From: Monocercomonoides exilis PA203
Lineage: Eukaryota; Protista; Preaxostyla
Assembly (NCBI GenBank): GCA_001643675.2
Contig: LSRY02000001.1
Coordinates: forward strand, 620,001 to 684,000
Reading direction: 5' to 3'
Length of the DNA stretch: 64,000 bases
Part shown: piece by piece, positions 50,118-62,301 of the stretch
How positions within the stretch are numbered: position 1 is the first letter of the stretch
Layout of the letters: each line of letters starts with the position of its first letter
Notes under the pieces: generated by a model
What the model was told of the DNA's origin: nothing
Databases searched by the model: none
Seen by the model: the letters and a program-made list of their open reading frames with translations, nothing else
Position numbers and translations under genes: made by a program

Positions 50118-51550
50118 ATATACAAAAGCAAGTTAAGTGCAGCTCAGATGAAAGGGAGGCAACACGAAGAGCCAGAGGCGAAGATGAAGATAAAGAAGGA
50201 CAAGACAGATAAGTTTTTACATTTCTCAAATTGACGCTTTCGACCAAAGACTTGCAAAGGCAACAACAGAAAAAAGGAGAAGGGAAAGGGAAGAAGAGGT
50301 GATGGTGAAAATGAACATCAGCAGATATTTAACTCGTTCGACAGCACACTTTTATCTACCCAGCTGCACACTCAAAATTTAACACCTCTTCGATATTTGC
50401 GATTCCTCCTTTTTCTCCCTTTTTGCATACATAATTGTCCACCATTTCTGTTCTTATTTGAACTCAGCTGAATCCCTTCACACCATCATCTCCCCCGCAG
50501 ACTCCTCTTCATTTGCAAAAAAGTCCCTCTGAACGTCCAGCTCAAGCTTTTCTTCTTTAATGAGCATTCTTTCATCTTCCTCTCCTTCATTTTCCGCAGC
50601 GAAACATTCATTCATTGGGTTCTATCGCTCTCGAAGTGCTGCAGTCAATAAAAGTGCAAGGAATCTGCAAAAGTTGGGGAAACAGCAGATAGCGGACGAT
50701 GATGAGAATTCATTTTCTAAGCGCGAATGGAATTACTCAAAAACAACTGGAACAACATCACATTTACTGATAGAGTTTCGAGTGGAGGATAAAAAAATAT
50801 GAATAATCAGGTGTCTGGAACAATTTCATCGAATTATTTTCCTTTTGCAATTTAATATTGTTTTTGGCTATTTTTCATATTTGATTACAAATGTGAAAAA
50901 TAGATAGAAAAATATAACAAAAAAGAATTAACGAACATTGCGATATGATAAATCACATTTTGTTGCTTTCTTCAGGTCTATTTTGATTGCATTTATTATT
51001 GGTGAATAAAAGAAAAATTTTAATCATCTTTCATTTTTCAAAACAATTCAAAAATTATTGATCGTATGCAATTAAAACAAATCTTATTTATTAAATAGTT
51101 TTTTCCAAAATATAAGTGAAATTTATTAACGCATTAATGCTGTTTAAGAAAGTGATTCCATTGAATTTTTTCGAATACCACAATAAATTTTCATTGAAAA
51201 AAGTTATTCCGAAAAGATAGAGCTTATTCCAATCAATTTTTAAATTCCAATAAATATAATTTATTCCAAATAAACTTTGATTATTTGAATAAGTTATTTC
51301 AATTCGAATAAAACCTTTCTATTCTCATTGCATCTATAACTTGATCTTCATGAGAAAGAATCACTTTTTTTGAAGTTGTTTTAAGTTTAGAATATTCGAA
51401 AGAGTTTTATTAAAAAATAATAGAAATAGTTAGAACTTCATGATCAAGAAAATATTTAGTTTCTTGAAAAAAACTTCCACCATAATGAATTTTTTATTGA
51501 AGCAAAAAACTTCTTTTTCTGGGTTTACAAACTAAATTTGTGCAATACGA

Positions 51551-52459
51551 ATGCAATTTCAGGGGAAAAAACATCAAATAAGACCAAAAGGTCTTACAAT
51601 TCAAAAAAGCATTATTTCTGAAGAAGAAAATGAAGAAATATCTTGTTTGTATTCTTTCCACGAACCTTATCATATATCAGGGATATACAAATGTGATTTA
51701 CCAATAAATGAGCATAGTGTGCAAGTGCATTGTATTATTTTACTAAGTTTTGGTGATATTCATTGTTTAAGAGGAAATATTTCTGAGCTCACTTCATGAG
51801 TTCCAGACTATAATTGTCGTTGGGTCAACGGGAAGTGGGAAGACAACACGTTTGCAAAATAATGAATTCGAAAGTTACAAAAGTAAGATTTGTTTATTTT
51901 TAATTACTTAGAAATTCCTCAGTTTTGCATCGATAATGGTTGGGCATCTCCTTTGCATCAGTTTGTTTGCGTTGAACCTCGAAGAATTGCAGCAATGTCT
52001 GTTGCAGAATATGTTGCAAAGCAAAGAAATTCTCAGATCGGGCAAGAGGTTCGAAAAAGAGCAATCATATTTTCAATATGTAGATTGTTTATTTTAATTC
52101 TAATAAAAATAAGATTGGATTTGTTGTTCGCCATGAAGAATCTGTAACAGATAGAACAATGGTGAAATATGTGACAGAAGGAATACTACTCAGGGAATTA
52201 TTATCCGATCCAATGCTTTCATCATATGGTGTTGTTATGATCGATGAGGTTCATGAAAGATCCACCAATACTGACATATTGCTTGCGCTTCTTAAAAAAA
52301 TACTTAGAAAGAGAAAAGATATGAAGTTAATTGTTGCATCGGCAACAATAGATGCTTTTGAAATGGTTCAGTATTTTCAGTTAAAAAATGGTATAAGAAT
52401 TCAAAACAAATATTTCAAAAAAATTTATTGTGGAATTTTTTAATGTCGAACGCACATGC

Positions 52460-52492
<33 letters not shown>

Positions 52493-55228
52493 TTATATAA
52501 CTCAGAATCTGCACCAACAAGTGCTTGCTTGTTTATTGAGGGACGACAGCATGAAGTGAAGACTTTTTATTCAACAGATCCTGTTGAAGACTATGTGAAA
52601 AGTGCAGTTGAGTGTGTGATTTCGATAAATGCCACACAACCAATAGGAGATATCCTCGTGTTTCTTACGGGCAAGGACGATATCGAATCGGCGATTGAGT
52701 ATCTTCATTCGCAACTAGCAGAAAAGAGAGAGTGTGTAAGTTTATAGGAAATTTATTTTTTCCCTTATGTAATTATCCACTTTTTGTTTTAAAAAAATGA
52801 ATGCATATGAATTTTTATAAAATGGATTTTTTGGGTTTTCACGTTTTTATTTTAACTCATTTCTTTTTAAGAAAAGAAAGAATGGAAATAGAAGCACTTC
52901 CTCTGCATTCGTCTCTTCCGTTCAAGCAACAGATGGCCGTATGCTTCTTTTGGCTTACTAACATTTTCTGATTCTTTGAATTGTGATTTGTAAAAACTAT
53001 ATTTGAATTATTACCTTTTCTTCATTAAAAAAATTTTTTTTTGTTTCATTTTTGCTTGAAATTTACAAAACCCCTCAAAACCAACGATCTTGCGAATGTA
53101 TTCAACACACTCACACTCCAAATAGATTTTCGAGCCGAAAAGCATTCGCGCAAAACGAAGAGTCATTTTCGCAACAAACATCGCTGAGGCCTCAATTACT
53201 GTGCCAAACATCGTTTATGTTGTCGATTGTGGCTTTGTGAAGCTGAAAGCTTTTGATCCGGCTTTGGGTATGCTTTTTGCTCTTTTCATTCATTGTTGCA
53301 TTTTTTGTAATGTCATCTTTATTTATTTATTATCCTCGACGATCGAATTTCACTTTCTTTTAACTTCTTTGGTTTTATTTTGTTCATTATGCTCCTTTTT
53401 CTAAAATCAACTCTTTAAAAAAAATTTTATTTCACTTCATTTTATGTCCATCTCTCATTCCTTTAGGAATAAGTCATCTTACTCCTTGCCCTGTCAGCCA
53501 GTCCTCTGCCATTCAGCGAGCCGGCCGAGCAGGCCGTGTTCAGAACGGCTTCTGCTATCGACTGTACACCGAAGAAGCATTCGCAGCACTTCCAGCGAAA
53601 ACACCTGGAGAGATCACGCGGTGCGACCTTGCTTATCCTCTGCTGATGATCTACTCGCTCTGCATTAACAGCATCCGGTCGCTGGACTTCCTCAGCCCGC
53701 CGTCGGATGCGCAGATCCGCCGCGCACACAGCATGCTTGTAGCAGTGGGAGCTATAAAGGAAACCGACAACACTTCAAAAGACATTTCATATGACACTTC
53801 AGCTGACACTTCACGACTTTATTCTTCTTCTTCTTCTTCTTCTTCAAGCACTTCAGAATCAGCACTTTCTTCTTCCATTTCTGAAAGCAAGCTAGCATTA
53901 TCCACTTCACCTTCATTTGCTGTTACAGAAGACGGACTGAACATGGTGCAGCTGCCAGTTGGAGACATCCAAACAGCCAAGCTTCTGATTGAAGGAGCGA
54001 AGCGCAATTGTTCTGTGGATATAATCAACATTGTAGCAATGACATCGGTAAAGGATGTGTTTTTAACTCCATATCAGTTTGGTATGTTTGGAATTTGTGC
54101 AAGTTTTGAAAAGATGAATGTTTGAAGATGTAAATTTATCAGATAAGAGAACATAATTTTGGTATAATTTTGATATTCTTTCGTTTCTTCGAATTTGTAT
54201 TATGGATTGGAAAAACATTTTTTTCTTCATCTTAATTTTTTTTTGTTTTTGTTGTTGTTGTTCATAACTTTGACAATTTCAGATGCCCCAACTCCATTTC
54301 ACAAGGCCGAAGCCGTTGCAAATGCTAAAAGAGCCTTTTCTGTTGCTGAAGGAGATCACATATCGCTGCTTAATCTGTACAGAGCCTGTGAGCATCATCA
54401 CTTTGATGCAAAATGGATGGAAAAGAGATCAATCAACCTGAAAATGATTGAATAGTGTGCAACATATTTTTTGTTCAAATGGATAATCCTTATTAAATGT
54501 TATTTTGTTTCTGTGAATTCATTGCAATTTTTATCGTTTTTTTCATTGTTATTGGTGAAAATCTAAAAAAATAACAACATCAAAGTGTTTGCCGAGTGCG
54601 TTTGCAGCTCCGCAAGAAGTTTAAGCAGCTGGGGCTTCCACTGAAAACCACTAACGATATAGAAGTCATCCAAAAGTGCATTTGTGCAGGGCTGTTTGCG
54701 AATAGTGCTGTGAAGTACACCAAAGGAAAAGACAGCGGAAGGTTCGGATTGAATGATGAGGGTGATGATGGAGATGAAGAAGGACACTTTGTCACACTAA
54801 CAGGCGGTGTTCGCATTGATATCCATCCAAACAGCGCAGTTTTTGCATATCCACCCACTGCGTTTGTTTTTGATGAGATTGTTTTCTCAACAAAGAAGTA
54901 CGCGAGACATGTGACTGCCATTCAACCGTCGTGGCTTATCGATGTTGCGTATGCACATGTTATTCTTTTATTGAATCATTTACTAACATAAATTTTTGTT
55001 GGAAAAAAAACATATTTATTTTCTTTTTTCTTTGCTTTGCTTTTCTTATCTTTTCTTGTAAATCTCTAAAGACCGAATTTCTATGCAGAGCGTACTGCAA
55101 CTGAAGCTATCCGCGAAGAAGCACTTCGTCACCAGCAGATGGCAAAACAGTCAAAGCCAAAGTCTGTCTCTGAAATGATGGCGACTGGTGATGCTTTCAT
55201 GTCAATTTTTAGTGAAACGAAAAAATAA
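51551..55228 (+). CDS. DHX35: DEAH-box ATP-dependent RNA helicase, DHX35-like; many introns
   Basis: Spliced motifs GSTGSGKTTQIPQF, VEPRRIAA, TEGILLRE, IDEVHER, SAT, FLTGKDDIE, PLHSSLP, FATNIAEASITVPNIVYVVDCGFVK and QRAGRAGR, plus HA2/OB regions (FSVAEGDHISLLNLY, CAGLFANSA, IHPNSAVF). The short N-terminus and PVEDYV/AEGDH context favour DHX35 among Prp-type DEAH helicases. Confidence 0.85.
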
Positions 55229-55571
55229 CTTAGAAATGAAAATTTGTTTCTTTTTTATTTTCAAATTAAAAAATGACAAAAATATTTTTTGATATTTAAT
55301 GATTTGGAACGGCATTGCAATGCTTTTGAGAAACAATCGTTTTTTCATAAAACAACTTCATCTTAAGGGCCGTTGCCACAACAATGCACTTCGTTGCCAT
55401 GTCAAAAATAGTATTAAATGTGTGATTGTATTCAAACTTCTTAACCATACGATTTTCTGAAAAAAAATTTTTTTTTGAAAAATGACTTGTTTTTCTCGAA
55501 AGGTATCGTGAATGGAGTGGAAAAAATTATGTTTTATGAAGTGGAGATTTATGTTGTTTAATACACACAAT

Positions 55572-58482
55572 TTAGTCCACATCATCAAAATCTGTGGTCA
55601 ATTTCTTCTCTGACTGGACTTCTTCTATCAGCAACTTCTTCTTTTGTTGAGAAGAAGCAGATGAAGATGCAGACGCAGAAGCTGAAGCAGAAGAAGACGC
55701 TTTGTTGCTTGTAACTTCTTTGATTGCATCGACTTCTTCATCATCGTCTATATCTTCTATCTTTGCCTTGTGTGGTTTTTGCTTCTCTTCCTTCTCTTTC
55801 ATTTGACGTTCTTCTTTCTCTTTTTCCTCTTTCAGCTTATCGCACTCCAACTTGTGTATTTTCCAATGTTTTCTTTGGCAGTCAACGGAGCAATAAAACA
55901 CACTTCGGCACTTCGAACACCTGTTTTGTGCTTTTTTCCCGCAAAAGCCGCATTTTGAGCCAGATGACACTTCAGAATAGAATGACTGGGTGTAAAGGGA
56001 GGAGATGCTATTGGAAATAAAGAAAGAAAGAAAGAAAAGAAAGAAGGAAAGGAAAGGAAAAGGAAAGGAAAAGGAAAGGAAAAGGAAAGGAAAAGGAAAG
56101 GAAAGGAAAGGAAAGGAAAGGAAAGGTGAAAAAATTGAATATTTCGATTTTTTGCATCAATTTTGATTTCACACCTTTCCATTTCCTTCATCAGCTCAGC
56201 ACGAGAAAGATTAAAAATGGTTTTTTCCTGTTCCTTTGCAATTGCATCCCAGTTCTGTCCTCTCATCAGGCTTTCTCTCATGTCCGAGACCTGAATTCAT
56301 AGCAGACGAATATCATAATACATAACAAAGAAAAAGTGAGTGGAAGAAAAAGAAAAGAAAAGAAAAGAAAAGAAAAGAAAAGAAAAGAAAAGAAAAGAAA
56401 AGAAAAGAAAAGAAAAGAAAAGAAAAGAAAAGAAATTTTTTCTTAAAAAGTTTGTAATAATTCTTCAAAAACAAAATGCCCAAAAAGAAATCCTTATTTG
56501 AAATTATCAATAGTTCGTGTCTCTCTCTTCTTCAAACAATTTGGATTCTCATAAACTCTTTTGAACCTTCGGGCTCTGGCAACTGTGCGAATCCAATAGA
56601 AAGAACAACACTTTGCAGTGTTTTCAGAGGCGGAATCTGGTCAATCAATACTTCGGTCAAGAAAGGTATCAACTATAAAAAGGCAAAAAATATGAATGAA
56701 TTAATAAATATGGTCGAAATGAACAGTTCAGAAAAATATAAGATGTGAATCAGTTAACTTTATAAGCAATCAACAAATAAATAGGAACAGCCTTCATTTG
56801 TTATTGTCAATTTAGATCTCTCTCTCCCTCCCTCTCTTTCTTTCTTTCTCTCCCTCTCTCTCATTTTTTTTTCTATGAAAATATAAGTTTCCAAACTTTT
56901 TTCACTTTCTCTTTTTTCTCTTGGTCAAAGCGATATTTCCTCTGGCATTCACCGTTTGTGAGAAGGCAATACAGCGACAGCCAGACTTGCGCTTCAATTT
57001 TTGTCACTTTTTGTTTGTCAGCTGGTGGAACATTCTCCCAACGAAGGTCTATTTAACAAGGGAAAAAAGGAAATAAAAATTAAAAATGTATTCAAATATT
57101 AAAAAACAACATATGTTAAAATTAAATGAACAAAAAAAAATTAAACATATCGAAAATATATTGCAAAATATAAACCTTCGAATTTAACTGTTTTGCTTCC
57201 CTTCGTCCTTATCCAAGGCTTTTTTAGAATCAATTCGATTAAAAGAGTTATAATATCTTACATAGCAAAATAAAGTCCGATTTCAGAATTTGTATTCATA
57301 ACAATCAAAATAGAATTATAAAATTGAAAATATGCAATTTAAGAATTTGCGGAAATCATAGCTTTCAAATCAATAAAAATTAAAATGTATTGAAAAAAAT
57401 GAAATGAAATATTATAGATTCTTTTTTCGCTTTTTCTTTTTCTAAGTTTTTTTTTTCTTTTTCATTTTGATGGTCAATTTCAACTGTTTTCAAAAAAGAT
57501 CTGTTTAGCAAACCTCCATTAACTAAAAATGCATCGCCAACTCCCAATGAGCATTCCGTCAGGTACTCTGAAAGAAAACGTGTAATATTAATTGCACTCA
57601 TTGCAATTCTAAATGAAAGCTCAGCATTTTGATCCGCAAGAGTCTTGAAAAGTGTGCCACAAAAAGAAAAAAGATGTGTGAAGAAATGCTTTCATACTTC
57701 GCTGGCACTCATTTTTGCTTCTTTTCCGATATCCTTCACTGGCCATTCCGAGCATGGCCTAAAAAAAGGAATTGGAAAGGTAAAACAAATAATTCAAATA
57801 ATAAATATGTAAAAATCAAAATATTTTAACGACTTTTAAATATTAAGTCATACTCCGAAAGAAGCATTGCAATTTTTCTGTGGCAATATTCAGCTAATTC
57901 GGCAAGTGAATCGCCAGTGGACAATGCAACATCTTTATGAAAATACATAACCTCCAAAAGATTTAAAAGTACGGCTTCGTTAAAAAGCTAAAAAAAAAAA
58001 TTGTTTAGGATAAAATTAAAAAACTTGTATTCAGTACAAATATTTCTTTCAAACAATAAGATAAGGCTTTGCCGATTTTTCATAAGCAGAAGGTGAAAGC
58101 TTTGGGAAAACTCGAGTTTTCCATATTTCAACTGCTAAGAGATTTTGAATTAGAACTGATATCTAATGTTTACATCAGTTAATCAAGGAAATATGCGAAA
58201 AATGAAATAAATTACCTTTTCTGGAAATGATAAAAAGCTTTGCACAACAAATTCATCTATATTGTATAAAACGCAATGGTGAGCTTGAGCGTTAATTTTT
58301 TCAATAATTTGATGTTGTTTCATCCATCTTTTTTTAATTATTATAATAATAAAGAATGTCGAATTAATTTGATTAATCAATGATAATCATCACCTTGAAG
58401 AGCCAACAATTTTTATTGAATCAACAGGTATCAACTCTTTTATATAAGCCTCGCACTCCATCGGAGTTAATCCATCTGACAT
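55572..58482 (-). CDS. ZMYND10: ZMYND10 (BLU/DNAAF7), axonemal dynein assembly factor; many introns
   Basis: Exons read GSSR|[33 protein letters not shown]...[30 protein letters not shown] and [13 protein letters not shown], followed by a C-terminal MYND finger [37 protein letters not shown]. All are hallmark ZMYND10 blocks. Confidence 0.92.
56040..56433. repeat. Intronic (GGAAA)n-type and (GAAAA)n microsatellites
   Basis: GGAAA/GGAAAA units at ~56040-56125 and about 16 GAAAA units at ~56352-56433, in ZMYND10 introns. Confidence 0.9.
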
Positions 58483-58975
58483 TTTTTCGTATTTTTAAAT
58501 ATGGGGCAAAAAAAGAAAAGAATCAAACTTTGGGGCATTAAATTATTGATAATCACAATGACATCCGCAGATTACGTAATGATGATAGTTCTGTCTTGAT
58601 TCAATAAAGTTTGATGAAACAAACCATCTTTTTAATGCTTTCAAAACATAATTTTTATGCTTTCATCGAATTTACTGATCCAATTATTAAAGAAGTTCTT
58701 CCTTATTTCTGAACTAACATATTATTTATAATTGTTCGAATTAAAACTCTTTCCTGTTGAAAAAATCAGAAAATAAAGGTTTTAATTTTTCCTTTTCTTA
58801 TTTCAATTTTTAGAACTGCAGAAATATCAAAATTTCACCAATAAATAATAATATTGGCTGATATTATTTAAATAAAATATTTTGCTGTTGTGATTCGTTC
58901 CTTGTTATTTTAAAATAATGATATCATAAATTTAACCTTCGTTTGAAAAACTGACTTTATTTAAATGATAACGTT

Positions 58976-59333
58976 CAGTTCGTGCAAAAAATACAGGACA
59001 AGATCGATATCTCAATAACCGCAAGAAGTCAAATTTTGCTAATTTTCCTCAAAATATGTCTCATCACCACAAACTCATGTGACACACAAGACTTTCATAA
59101 CTTCCTCGTTTGAGCTCAGAAAAATTTATTATTAAAATCTCGTAGAAACTCAAAATCCTATTTCTCAGAGATTTCGATATAAATTTTTTCTGAGCATAAA
59201 CGAGGAATTTATTATAGTTTTGTTTGTCACGTGAGTTTGTGTTGATGAGATATATTTTGAGGTAAATTAGCAAATTTTGACTTCTTGCGGTTATTGAGAT
59301 ATCGATCTTGTCCGGTATTTTTTGCGCAAACTG
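58976..59333. mobile_element. 358-bp fold-back MITE with Tc1/mariner-type ends
   Basis: Almost the whole element is a hairpin: CAGTTCGTGCAAAAAATACAGGACAAGATCGATATCTCAATAACCGCAAGAAGTCAAA... versus the reverse complement CAGTTTGCGCAAAAAATACCGGACAAGATCGATATCTCAATAACCGCAAGAAGTCAAA.... TA follows the right end. Confidence 0.9.
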
Positions 59334-59712
59334 TATCCGAAACAAAAAATTTTTAAAAAATTTACCTGTTTTGTTTCTAAATAAAAAAAAATTCTTTTGG
59401 ATATTATATTTTTATTATCAAAAACGATTCAATATATTTCTTTGAGGATTTTTATACGAACTTGGAAAAGTTTTTTCTTAATTTTTACAAAATTATTTTT
59501 TCTCGAACTCATCTGAAGCATCAGTTTGTGTTACAAAAATCATCCATTTAACAAATGGACAAAATTCTTCTTGTTATGGACATAAAATAATTTGATAATT
59601 TTTCAACGTCTAAAAAAGTTGTGATAAATAAAATTTCATCACCAATTAATAGTGTTCTTCTTTATGGAATCAGTTATTTCATTTTCTAATTTAATCCAAT
59701 AAGCCAAAAATT

Positions 59713-60216
59713 ATGGGTGATTATTTTTGATATCATATTTTTTCAGTTAAATTTTTTAAATAAGAAAATTTGTTTTGCATTTTTGTCAGTGAACATCGAA
59801 AAGTTATTACACAATTTACAAAAAAAAAAATAAAAAATACACATGAATGCATTTCAAACGTTTGGTTTTGTGACAATTGCAATTCAAAAAGTGTGCGTGA
59901 TATTTTTTTCCATGTTAAAAAGATATTTTTAAATTCAACACTTAGAAAAAAATAATGATTTGGGTGATTATTAATGACATCATATTTTTTCTTTCATCAT
60001 TTTCGAACAGAAAATTTCCCTAAATGTGAACTGAAGAACATTGAAAAATGAAAAGGCTAATCATTCACATTTTCATCTTTAATTCTGTTGAAACATTTGT
60101 GTAAATACAATTGTGATAATTTTAGCATTTGAATACAAAATCTCTTTCCAATGATAAATAACGTTTGAAAAATAAACACCCCGAAAAAAGTTATGATTTC
60201 AAATATAATCACCCAT
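59713..60216. mobile_element. ~500-bp TIR element with ATGGGTGATTAT ends
   Basis: ATGGGTGATTATTTTTGATATCATA at 59713 and TATGATTTCAAATATAATCACCCAT ending at 60216; an additional internal end-like copy near 59960. Confidence 0.65.
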
Positions 60217-60279
60217 TACAAAAATAATAACCCTTTTTTAATATCAAAAAAATATCAATTCGAAATCGAAAAAGTTAAA

Positions 60280-60540
60280 ATCAAAATCGAAAAAGTTTGA
60301 ACCAAGATAGAAAATACTGAATTCAACATCGTTGATTCATTAATCATTATTAGTTTAGAAAATATTTAAAATTCAGATTCATGTAAGTTTTCTTTTTTTC
60401 AGTGAATGATCAAACAGATTTCACATATTCTCACCAGAATCCAATTTTAGAATAAATAAACTTCTTTTCATGTTTTGAATTAAACAATTTCTAATTTGAA
60501 TAATTCATTTCGGTCTTGAATTAAACTTTTTCGATTTAGT
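60280..60540. repeat. Degenerate inverted repeat (probable MITE remnant)
   Basis: AAATCGAAAAAGTTTGAACCAAGA (~60284) mirrors TCTTGAATTAAACTTTTTCGATTT (~60514-60537). Boundaries approximate. Confidence 0.45.
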
Positions 60541-60816
60541 GTGAAAATTCGATGTTGTATTTAACTTTTTTGTTGTTGAATAATTTAAGGTATTTTTTCG
60601 TTATTAATAAATTCAAAATGCTATTGAATAAATTCGATAGAATAAAAAGCAATTGAACATTAAATCTTTGGACATTCTTCTGTTTGCAAAAGGATGATTT
60701 TTAATAGACTGTTTTTTTTCTTCCAAAAATTTTTTGTGATCTGTGATCTGGCTTTAAATATCCAAATAGGAATTTTTCTTAAAAAATATTTATAATTTAA
60801 AAAACAAAAAATGCTG

Positions 60817-61070
60817 ATAATATTTGTCAAAATTTTTTTGAAAAGTTCCATTTGTTCAATTTTCCAAAAATTTAATATTTCATATTTTCATCATATTTCT
60901 GTTTTCACTCACGAAATCACACCCAAACGGATAAAATAACTTTAACAAGGATTTGTTTCAATGACAGCAAAATTTGGTGAGTGGAAATAGAAATTTGATC
61001 GAAATATGAAATTTTTATTTTATTAGAAAATTAAACAAATGGAACTTTACAAAAAATTTTGACATTTATT
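60817..61070. mobile_element. Fold-back element core (~100-bp arms, ~52-bp loop)
   Basis: TGTCAAAATTTTTTTGAAAAGTTCCATTTGTTCAATTTTC...ATTTCTGTTTTCACTCACGAAAT is mirrored by ATTTGGTGAGTGGAAATAGAAAT...GAAAATTAAACAAATGGAACTTTACAAAAAATTTTGACA. Confidence 0.7.
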
Positions 61071-62301
61071 TGTCTCAAATTTCAAAAAATACCAAAAAAT
61101 TATTTTTTTTAAGTTTTTCAAAATTCAACTTCTAGAAATATCGTTTTTTCACTAAAGGTTTTCTTATGTTTAATAATAATAAAAGTGATCTCCTTTTTTT
61201 TTGCATTTATTTTCTAATCTTTTTTTTCCATTTTGATTAGTTAGACAAATAAGTTTAAATCTTGAATCAAAATAGTAATATTTTCAATTGTAATTTTCAA
61301 TAAAAAAAAAAAAAAATAAAAGGAGAATTTCTTTTGTGATTTGTGATTTTTTTTGAAAATCAAAACTTTTATTTGCGGTGTTGATTATTTCGAAAAAATG
61401 TTGTCATTTGCCTAATTAATAGTATATAAATAAAAAATATATCTCAATTGTTACAAAAGCAAATAGTTGATGAAAAAGAAAGACGGAGATGTATTAGATC
61501 GTGATTATCACAATTTTGTGTTTATTTACAAAATCTTAAAAAATAATTATCAAATCGAAGTTTTTGAACGAAGAAATATGATCTTTATAAAAATCATCTA
61601 ATTCTAACAGAAACATATCTTTTGGGAATGGGGACAATTTTATTAATGTAATTTGTTCAAATAAGGAATATTTTTTTTTTTGTTTCTTTTTCATTCCACA
61701 AAATAACAAACTTTAATTCATGTTTATTCAGAAAAAGAAAAAAACATTTGACTTTTGTTTTCTAATCATTTTGCAACTTTTATTTTAGAAAATTGTTTTT
61801 CAGGCCGATTTATTTCTCAATTCAAAAAAGATGAAAAATTCACTAACAACAATTATTTTTGTTTGATTTTGTTATTAATCAGTCATTGTTCGTATGCATA
61901 ATTCACGATTTCAAACACGCGAAACTTAAATGTATGGAAAAAAAGCTCATCAAGGTTTTTGATTCACAAAAATCTGAGTGAAAATTAATAATTGCGATAA
62001 TAAAAAATAACTTTCCAACTAATTGATTGAACAAATTCAGTCTTTACAAAAAATACACGAAATTATTATTTATCTTTAACATTTTACACAAATTTCCTCT
62101 TTTGAACTTGATTGATTTGACTGCGTCAAGTGGCATTCGATCGGTCAACATCCAATAAGATCGATCTAATGTCATTGAGACCCAGTCAAATTGGATGTGA
62201 CTCAGTCACATCCGATGTTTTCAATTCTGGGTTTCATGATCACAGAAAAAATATATTTTTTATGGGTCATTTCACTTGCTTGTTTCTATTTTTTTCACAA
62301 A

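Larger units (their letters stand above)
48235..51336. mobile_element. ~3.1-kb non-autonomous TIR element with ~130-bp TIRs built from ~20-bp subrepeats; carries gene fragments and a MITE
   Basis: Left TAGATGGAATTGGAATAAAAAAATTTTATT...TTCGAATAATCACAGTTTATTT aligns with the reverse complement of the right end, TAGATGCAATGAGAATAGAAAGGTTTTATT...TTCAAATAATCAAAGTTTATTT. Both arms repeat TTATTC(C/G)AATAA at roughly 20-bp spacing. Confidence 0.65.
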
